50,674 nt of DNA from Catajapyx aquilonaris (taxonomy: Eukaryota). Every line of letters begins with the position of its first letter. Within the stretch, counting starts at the first letter, position 1. A model generated the notes under the pieces. That model ran no database searches and was not told where the DNA came from. It saw only the letters and a program-made list of their open reading frames with translations. The DNA lies in assembly GCA_000934665.2 (NCBI GenBank), contig JYFJ02002798.1, forward strand, positions 1 through 50,674. Reading direction: 5' to 3'. Shown here piece by piece: positions 37,415-47,400 of this stretch. A program made the translations under genes and the position numbers.

Positions 37415-38809
37415 GTAAGGAGTTGTCTCTTTTGTGTACCAAGTGGACCGACTCCAAAAAGGAGGCGTCTTTGCTCACTGTTAAGATGAAGAGTAATTAG
37501 TGTGACGAATTTTTTTCCCCTCAAGGATTGCAGTATTCCTGGTCGAATTAATTCATCTTACCTTGGTGGATTTATTTTTAGGCTTAGGCATTACAAAACC
37601 GGAAGGCCGTTATGAAATCCCGGTTTTGTTAACATGTTTGGAGGTTAAAACCTACAAGCGTTGTACTGTACATGGATCATTAGTCAGCTACAATATTTTG
37701 GCCAAAAAAACGGGGATGTGTAATAGAAAGGAGTGAAAGCTCAAACATTACCTGACCATGAACGTACTATTTTTTTTAAAAAAATTACACACAGCTGATA
37801 ATGTTGTGTCATAAGTGACGTCACTGATAGGCGACCTATAGTGACGTAATGTGCTATTTTGTACAGGGTGGGACATATTTATCTTTATATGCACATGTGG
37901 GTATGCAGTTCTGGTTCCTATAGTCAATTGATCTGGACATATATTTTAATTAATTGAGTTCCAGCGTAGACAGGGATTACGCCTGCGAATCTTGTTTTCA
38001 GTTGGGAAAACCATTAATTAACGGTATTTTTTGTTTCGAATATTTCAAATACTAGCCGCATTGTCGCCCACATAATGGAAAATACATGCAGGTCACAGAA
38101 TTACGGTACATTCCGATTGAAACATGTAGAGCAGTATTCTCGTCACGTGAAATATGTGGGATCTGTCCTTGTTGAGAAGGAATCGAGAGACGATGTTGTA
38201 GCAAGGACATGGTATCCGCCCTCCAGAGACATATAGACCTGTCTATCGTATAAACAACGGTTCATAACCCGAGGCAAGCCATAGCCGTAAATGTTATTCC
38301 CGTGGCCGCAAAGGACAATGGAATGAATGGTAATGCAGAGGCTCAAAGGAGGGCCATTTGCTAACGGGACTTCCTTCCAAGAAGCTGCCAACTAAGCAAA
38401 CAAGTCTGGTTCCTAGGGATTCGGTTACTGCCAGGTATTGAAGAGACATCAGGAATATTAATATTCACAAGTTCATCTCGATCATTTCCGTGTAACTCTG
38501 ATGATATGTAATATTATTGAGACGATGAGTTTATGGAAGCCAGATGGGCCAGATATTGAAGGAAAGTGCTGTACATTATTGCCCTTCCAAAGTACACTCC
38601 TTGCACGAGGGTATATGTTGAGCAATGGGGATCGTCTGGCCTACTTTAGCGTCTTCATAAGACACTACATTCCATTGCTGTCATTCAAGGACTGCCTCAA
38701 TGTTGCTATTATTTTAGAAAAAAAAATTACTGTTTTTAAGAACTGAGTGCATGAGCATTTAGCATCAAATCATACTATTTTTTTAATCGTTCAAGAAATG
38801 AATTTGAGG

Positions 38810-38869
38810 AAATATTCACGAAACTGGATACACTCGAAAATATTCACGAAACTGGATACACTCGAAAAT
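38810..38869. repeat. Perfect 28-bp tandem duplication
   Basis: AAATATTCACGAAACTGGATACACTCGA twice. Confidence 0.9.
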
Positions 38870-41074
38870 CACCAGAAAAGTGTTGGGCATAATAATTTTT
38901 TAAACTTGTAATTTACTTCACCAACATCCATGTAAATCTGTGCTGTTTTTCCTTGCTCATTTTCTCTCACGCCATTGTCAATAGAAAGTTGGCCAAGAAA
39001 ATTGCGATTGTTGCAAAGCCAAAAGACTGAAAGCTTGTAAGTTATGCCGATGGCTTTATCAGTTTGAGAGAATCCTTCTTTGCAAAAGAAACAGGTCTCT
39101 CTTCTCTTCTAGTGCTACCAAGATGATTCATTCATAATAAAAAAAAACAGAAGGTATAAAGTTTGGAGGAAACAGGAAACCTGGAGGGCCACAATTTGAT
39201 TGTTCTTTGTAAAGCCCATTTCCAGGCTGCGGGGTTTCTTGAATAAAGTGAGCTGCTTTTCTGACTGAAAAGTTTTGAATAAGCTTCAAGCTCACGATCA
39301 CGATTTAATTAACTTACGTGCTTCATTTATCAAAAATCGTTACCACCACAGGCAAGTCGCGTTATATTCACACGTGATAATGCTGCAAAAAAAATTAAAG
39401 CAGGAAATAAAACTTACACATCCAGTTACTTTGCAATTAAATTGTTACACGCATCTAAATAATTATTTCAAGAATGAACAGACACATTTTTAATTATATC
39501 ACGCGCAATACCTCATGGTAGTTGCAATGTACAGTACACTCCACGAAAAAAAATCTGATAATGAATTGTTGTCCAATTGACAGGGCTTTGTACTAATCTG
39601 CCGATCTGAAACGTGATAACACATTAATCATGCTTGGCGTCAATTTTAGGGCCAGGTTGTATCTGGAGTGAGACAAAACTCGGTAGTAAATTTTTTTTTA
39701 CAGATGAAAGTGGGTTTGGAAATGGACGCCTCCAAGCGTACATAGCTCTAGGAGAAAATCCTTTTTCCAGACATACTTTTTTTTATCTAAGTTTTTTTTT
39801 CTGCGACTTCCGTGCGGATGGGACACTTGGTTGCTCAAATCCACTCTCGGGCACATGCCTTTTAGTACACGAATCTATATAGTACTGTACTGTACACATG
39901 AAACTCCAACCACTCTGTTCAGACACCGCAATGATTTTGGTGCACCCTGACACGATTCGCTGGCTTCTCACGTGGCAGATATTGCCAATTTTTTTGTTGT
40001 TGCAAGGTTGGTGCCATTCTGTGGTTCACAACCCCTTTTTTTCATTTAATGTGATGAAACCGTAGGAGCCATTTGAGAGTGGTGTGGTTCAAGGGGGGGA
40101 TTCACCTTCAAAAATATTGCATGAAATATTTGGAAAATATATTAATTACTAAAAATTCAAGGACGTTATTTTGGAAAATTATTTTGATCCAATTCACTGG
40201 CAGAAATAATTTTTTCTGACGTTTGGACTTTTAAAGTTTATTGAAAAAGAGCGAAGATTCACTGGCTCTATATGAAAATGTCCACCATTTTTCTTTGCCT
40301 TTTTAAAAATACAAAAACTGGTCCAAATTGAGATAACAGTTTTTTTTGCTATTCACTTCTGCAGTTATGTAACTTATGGCTCCCTTTTTTTTTTGAACGG
40401 TCTTATTGACAGCCGTCTTTTGTGAAAGGATATAAACGACCAATGGTCAGCATGCAAAAACGTACTCGTAAAAAAAAAGAAAGATATCTGAGACGACATC
40501 AATCACAGTGACTTTTTGCAGCCTGCCAGCATGTCAGATGCTCTATTCTGGATCCAAAAAAAAATATATGTGAAAAGCGTGTTTCATAAGGTAGGATTGT
40601 GTGAAATGGGCAAATAAATGGGCTCTTTTGTGTCGTTGACTCCACAGTCTGCTTATGAAAATGACAAAAACCTGACAAAACTCTGAGACTCATTGTTATC
40701 GTTTCGTCACTTTGTAGCAATGACCCACATTCTATACCATTATCTCTAACAAATTAATGACACTTCTTAACACATACAGTTGCAAAAGTAAATCTACTTA
40801 CAACAATATTCGCGTATTACATCCCATACTCCCCTCATTTCCTGCGTAACAAATTAAGGCTTCCAGCAATTAGATAATCGCCATTGTTCCTGATGAGATC
40901 AACTTTCTAATTAAAAAATTTCGCATCGATTATTATTCGAAGAGCTTGTAATTCTCACAGCCTCTGAAATTAATATTATTGTAGCTACTATCTAAATTAA
41001 TATAGGCTTTATTTACATTACTACTACGAGTAAATTACAATTAATTAGTTTAAACAAATAATTAAATTATATTG

Positions 41075-41371
41075 ATCTCTCAAAGTATAAACTGAAAAGT
41101 TTGTTGGTATGTATGTATGTATGTATGTTTGTCCGGGTTGCCTAACCCACTTCCGGACTACTGAGACTCCTGAAACTTGGCACACTGATGGGTTACATGC
41201 TGCTAATTGAAGGAAAATAATTGGATCGAATCTGTGCCTCTGTTTGTCCGGGTAGCTAGGTGCATGTAGTACCACTACCCCTCGCACGACCCTGATAGTG
41301 GCAGTAGTGTGCAGAGATATAGGACACGCCATCTATGTGAGATATATGGTACTACGAGGACAGTGTTGCCA
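41075..41371 (+). mobile_element. Helitron-like 5' part with (GTAT)n, fused to a copy of the 'TAGATGGCG' family
   Basis: A|TCTCTCAAAGTATAAACTGAAAAGTTTG..(GTAT)n..cctaacccacttcc..aaacttggcacactgatg matches 8955-9070. 41218-41371 is the reverse complement of 46820-46995. Confidence 0.7.
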
Positions 41372-41446
41372 CGTTTTTTTTGGAAACGGGCTTTACTCTC
41401 GTTAGGTATAATGATTATTAAATTTCGCAGGAGAGAAGTGGCCAAG

Positions 41447-44400
41447 ATGTCAGTGGCACCTCCTTTTCCACGCCTTAGCCCATCATGGCTGGCGATTCTT
41501 CTTCTGTTGGTGGTACCTTCTTCCCTGGGGAACCGAATCCCATTCTTCCTTCCGGACGGAGACATGAGCAACTTCGCCTTACTGGAGGACACGCCCGTTG
41601 GCTCCGTGGTTTACACGCTTCAGGTACACATATAATCTTTTCTTTTATTTGAAAATGCTGCAAAAAAAAAATAAAGAGAAGAGGGACATGCAACAGACCG
41701 CTTGACCGTTCCGATCTACACAATAGGGAAAGGATCCGGAAGAGTCAAAGCTGACCTACAGCATCAGCGGAGATTCCTTCAGCGTCGACAAGGAGACCGG
41801 TACCGTCACGTTGGTCAGATCACTGGACCGAGAGAAGGAAGCTGTGTTAGAAGTCATCGTCAGCATCACAGGTCAGTCCTTTCTGAAATGGCGCTTCAAA
41901 TTAATTATTTGGGAGCAAAAATTGCTCTCATGACCAGTCACCAGAGGTGTCATATAATGCATATGTAAAATGTGAAAACCTTAAGCAATTATATGAATAT
42001 TATGTAGTGCACATTTTTTTTCTCTTGAGGTTGGAAGGAAGTGGAAATTTGGCGGAGGAAAAAGGATGTTGGAGGAGGGGGGGTTGAATGGGAATAATCG
42101 TGAGAGTTGTAGCTTGCACAACTTTTGTTCCCAGAAAAGCGGCGATGCGATTCGCTGCTCATCCCAAAGCACAATCGCACACAAAAGGGGGCAATTTCTG
42201 CAGTGTTTGCTTCTTCCGGACATATAACTTATGCGGGTTAATGTTCAGGCAACTTGAGTAAGAAAAATACTTGAAGTACTATAACACGCAAAAAGATTGT
42301 CGCACTGTATCCGACTTTTTGATTCTACGGCAACGACCCTTGCGGCAGGAGGTTATAAACAAAAAGTCGCGGACACCACACGGATACAGTGCAACAATCT
42401 TTTTGCGTGTTATAGTACACACGAAAGTGATACTGTTTAGACACGTAACACCGCATGTATAGTATATGAATTCACTTTCCTAATTACAAAGCATGTCTCT
42501 GTAGATGAAAAGATGGGTGGCCCGGAACCTAACACGGTGTCACTACGTCGAGAGGTGAAAGTGCTGGACAAGAACGACAACGGTCCGGTGTTTCTGGGCC
42601 GTCCTTACGCCGTGACAGTGCCCGAGACCACGATGGTCGGTGCCACCATCTACACGGGCATCAACGTGAGCGATGCCGACGAAGGCTCCAACGCCGTAGT
42701 GCGCATCTCCTGCGACCATGTAGGCGTCAAAACAGCGTGTTGTCGCGCGCTGCCAAGCGTAAAATCTTCTCCCTTTAATTTTCCGGCAGCTCCGCTCTCC
42801 GCATGCGTGCGACAAGTTCAGAGTCGACGGCGAGGAGATCTCAAGAGGCAACTATGTTGGAATCGTAGGACTTAAAGAGGCTTTGGACTTTAGGGACAAG
42901 TCCACCTACACTGTCCACATCAAGGCTGAGGACCAGGCTGCCTTTCCACACGAGAGGAGGACCAGCTATGCCAGTCTGGTGGTCCAGGTTCAAGATTTGC
43001 AGAATCAGCCTCCAATGTTCCTCAACGCGCCATTCACCGCAACATTGCCAGAAGGAACACCGCCGGTATAGTAATGGTAGCGCCACGAACAGATGGCAGT
43101 AAAAGAGCGCTGAATGCGAATCCGAAAACCGTTTGTCGGCATCTGCGGTTTAGACCCTGATACCTGTCCACGGACGGACAGACGGACATAGCCTTATTAT
43201 AAGACCCTTTTTTTTTGGTGAAAACAAGTCACAAGTTCTAGCTACATTTTTGCAAATATTTCAGGACACGTTAGTCCTGACTGTCCGGGCTCAGGACGGC
43301 GATACGGGACAGCCTCGACCTCTCCGACTGTCCCTGTACGGCGACGAAGGGGAGTACTTCCGTTTGGGACAAGCAACAGTCAACAGCACCCAGTTGTTGT
43401 CCGTACCTCTCCTGACCTCCAATCGGCCCATAGACCGAGAGGACCTCAGGATCCTGCACAATGGAGGGCTGTACGTGTTTCAAGTCAAGGTTGGTTTACC
43501 TTTATTACTATCACTTCCATGAGTCTTAACCAATGATATGGCCACTTTACTAGGCACCTTCCCGGTAGATTTAAAAAAATAATAATGTAATGTAGGTCTG
43601 CGGAGTCGCTTCATGCACACTGAATCTCTGGGCAGCGGATAATACAGGGTGTAATTACGACTTTGCACCGAATCTGTTTCATTTATGAAAATTTAGGTTT
43701 AAAATATTCTTATGAGTCGATGCGGGAAAAAAGATCCCGAGTGCGCACCCATATACGCGCAGCTCCATTGTGCTACGCTGTACTGTGCTGCGCACTCGGC
43801 AGTCGTACGTATTATTTAAAATTTCATGTCTATATGTAACATTTCCCAGTTGAATGAAGTAAATTGATGGAAGACTTAATTAATTAATTAACTTATTAGG
43901 CGGTGGAGATGATAAATGACGAACTAATGGGCGAGGAATCGTTCGCCAATGTGACAATTGTCGTGTCTGACGTCGACGACCAGCTTCCGAGGTTCAATCA
44001 ACGCAGCTTCAACGTCACTGTCACTGAAGACATTGGTAGGCTCGTTGCTTTCACAGTACAGCAATGTTTGTAATTGTTTAATATTCGTTTAATTAGGAAA
44101 AGACACGCCATTGCCTGGTCTGGCTCTGTTTGCGACCGATAACGACGCTGGGCCCAACTCCCATTTCACTTTGAGTCTTCGCAATGACGACGACGACGAC
44201 CTGAACATGGTCGACGCCTCGTCCATCTTTGCTGTGTCTCCGGTGGAAGCCACTGGTCGGACACCTGTCAACATCCGGATGGTCGATCCTTCCAAGCTGG
44301 ACTTCGAGGATCCTTCGAGACGTCAATTCCGGTTTCAGATAGTGGCTTGGACCAACGGCGAAAAAGCGGATGTGGCCAGGGTGACGGTCATCCTCAGCGA

Positions 44401-47400
44401 CGCCAACGACAACTCGCCCGTGTTTCCGAGATCGACGTACCGCTTTAAGATGGACGAAAACGTGGCTCCAGGTACTCCGATAGCGATTGTGACAGCCACT
44501 GACGCAGACAGTGGAGACTTCGGACAGGTACGATCCGCGACCAAAAGTTGTGGACATCATGCTGATTTATTGTGTGTCCCCCAACAGATCGCGTACGAAC
44601 TGAAAGGATTCGGATCCGAGAGATTCTCTGTTGACGAACAGCTTGGACGGATCACCGTTGGCGATTGTGGTTCGCAGTCGTGTTTGGATTACGAGTCGCA
44701 GGCTGTGTACTCGTTGACGTACACTGCTCGCGACGGTGGAGGAAAAGCCAGTAGCGTCAGTCTCCACGTGGACGTACAGGACATCAACGACAATCACCCA
44801 CGGTTTAAGGAGAGCGAGTACAGGAGGCTGCTCAGAGAAGGCGCGGACTCATTCCAGCCACCTCTCATCGTCAAGGTAATTAATTAAATTAACTAATTAG
44901 CAACCCCGCTTAGTTAGTACTTATTGTTAGTACAAGGACGACACACTGATTTCATATATAACAAAATAATGTTGGATCCAGGCCACTGACGCTGATGTCA
45001 AAGGGTCGAGTCACATCACTTACTCTCTGGTGTGGAAGTCGAATCTGACCTCGCCGTTCACCATCGACCCTGCCAGTGGTGAGGTCAGGCCGACTAGGTC
45101 TCTGTTCAACCGCGACGCTGCTCCGACGGGTCGGTTTGACCTGACCGCTCGAGCGGTTGACGACGGTCAGCCCCCTCTGTACACCGACGTACCGGTCTAC
45201 ATCAACGTCGGCGTCGAAGGAAACCAGCCGCCGATGTTCAAGAAATTCTTTTACAAGTTAGAAGCCCAGATATATTTGCACAATCATTATTATTTATTCT
45301 TAATTTTTGTATTGTCTATCAGATTTTCATTTTGTTAGTTATTATTTATAATTAAAATGATTTTTCATAATCGTTAATTTTTCATTATAATTTAATTTAA
45401 CATTCGATTCCAGCGCCACTGTCCGAGAGGATGCCCCGCCAGGTACGGAGGTGATCCGAGTGGGTGCGACTGACCAGGACGGCCCTGACTCCGCCCTAGT
45501 TTACTCCATAGTGGACGGAGCCAAAGACAATTTCGTAATCACCCGTCACAGCGGTGAGTGCTTGACCTTTCCTTTTATATTGCACCCACACGCGCACCCC
45601 CACCTCTTTATATAAGAAAAAGAAGTGGAGGTCAGCATACCCTGATAAGTATTTCAAGACCTCTCCCATACTGTGCGAGCAGGTATTGTGAGCGTGGCCT
45701 CGGAGGCCTCCTTGGACCGAGAGCTGCACGGGCCCAGCTACACCCTCTCGGTTCGTGTCATGGACCGTGGCACTCCACACCCTCAGAGCGGAAGTGCCAC
45801 CATACAGGTGTCCGTCACTGACGTCAACAACAAGTCGCCCAGGTTCGTCAGGGAGTCCTTCGTCAGGCACGTCTCCGAAAGGATGGCAGTCGGAGAGGAA
45901 CTCCTGGTTGTAAGTATTGCAATAAACAAACAAACAAACAAACAAACAAACAAACTCTTGGTTGTAAGGACAAACAACTGTTTGATGGCAAAAAAAATTA
46001 TTCTCAATATTGTCTGTAGTGCTTCCAGATTTTGTGTGTGCCCAAAGTTGAGTGTTTCATGCAGTTATTTCAGAGTGGCGTAATTAGCGACGTGATTCAA
46101 ATTTCCTTAATTATTATACAGGTGGAAGCTAATGATCCGGACTCCAACTCTGAGCTGGTGTATGACATCGTAGAGCCGTACTGGGCCAGAGACAAAGCTG
46201 GAGTTCAGTTGGCACGAGGTGGAAGCTACGATTACAGATTAGCTTTCAGGTGAGCTAACTCTAGCAGGTTTTAATATTTTAAATATTTAAATATTTAAAT
46301 ATGGCTGTCTCGTGTAGCATCGACGAGAAGACAGGTCGCGTGACGGTGTCGCAGCCTCTGGAGCACAACTCTGCTTCGGTGGTCAGCTTCACTGTTCGAG
46401 TCCGAGACCTGGCAGCTGACGAGAGGTTTCCTGACCAGGAAGACAGAGCGGAAGTGACGGTGTATGTCGCAACCTCAGACGACGCCAGCCCAACCTTTCC
46501 GTCGCCTTGGACGCCCAGCAGACCCCAGATGAGGGTCAACATGGACGAAGAGCAAAGTGTTGGAGCCATACTACTCACTCTGTCCGCCACCGATCCTAAA
46601 ACAGGACAGTCAGTGCATAGGTTTGAGGTATGTTTTTGGGCTTAACTACCTGGGGTGAGATTGTGCCATCGCAATTTTTGGATAACAGTGCGCTCTACCG
46701 CGAATTTTACGCGTCATTGACAACCTTGACCATCCCTCAACGTAGTAAAACATGCCTGAATGCGCTGGCACAATCTCACCCCAATATATTGACGGGTATT
46801 CTTCAATATTGTGAACGACTTGGCAACACTGTCCGGGCTTCCGACTGTGGACGTAGTACCACACCTCGTACATAGATGGCGCATCCTTCCTCTCTGAAGA
46901 CTACTGCCACCGTGCGACTGGTAGTGGTACTACTCTACATGCACCTAGATGATGACTCACCCTGGACAAACAGAGGCACAGATTAAGGCCAATTCTATAA
47001 AAAAATTTTACAGGAAGTTGAGGGTTCTGATCTGGATGATTGGATTGTGGTTGAGAGATACTCTGGCGCTGTGCTGTTGAATCGACGACTGGACTACGAG
47101 TCGATGGCGATAAAGTCCTTCAGCTTCCAAGTGAGGGCTGTGGCTGAGGGCGAGCGTAGCAGCGTCGCAACCGTCACTGTCGAAGTCGACGATGTCAACG
47201 ACCACACTCCAGTTTTTGAGCAGCAGGACTACCTCGTTCGTGTGCCTGAAACGGCCAAAAACTCCGACGCACTTCTGACAGTACGAGCTAACGACTCCGA
47301 CATTCTGTATGGGTTCGGAGACGTCAGATACTCGCTCGTCGGTGAAGGCTCGTCGCTTTTGACTGTCGATGCAGCTAGCGGGGTTGTTCGAGTCGCGTCT

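Noticed and set aside
38870..39110. ~75-codon minus-strand open frame beginning TCFFCKEGFS
   Set aside because: No complete zinc-finger pattern, no convincing exon partners and no recognisable family.
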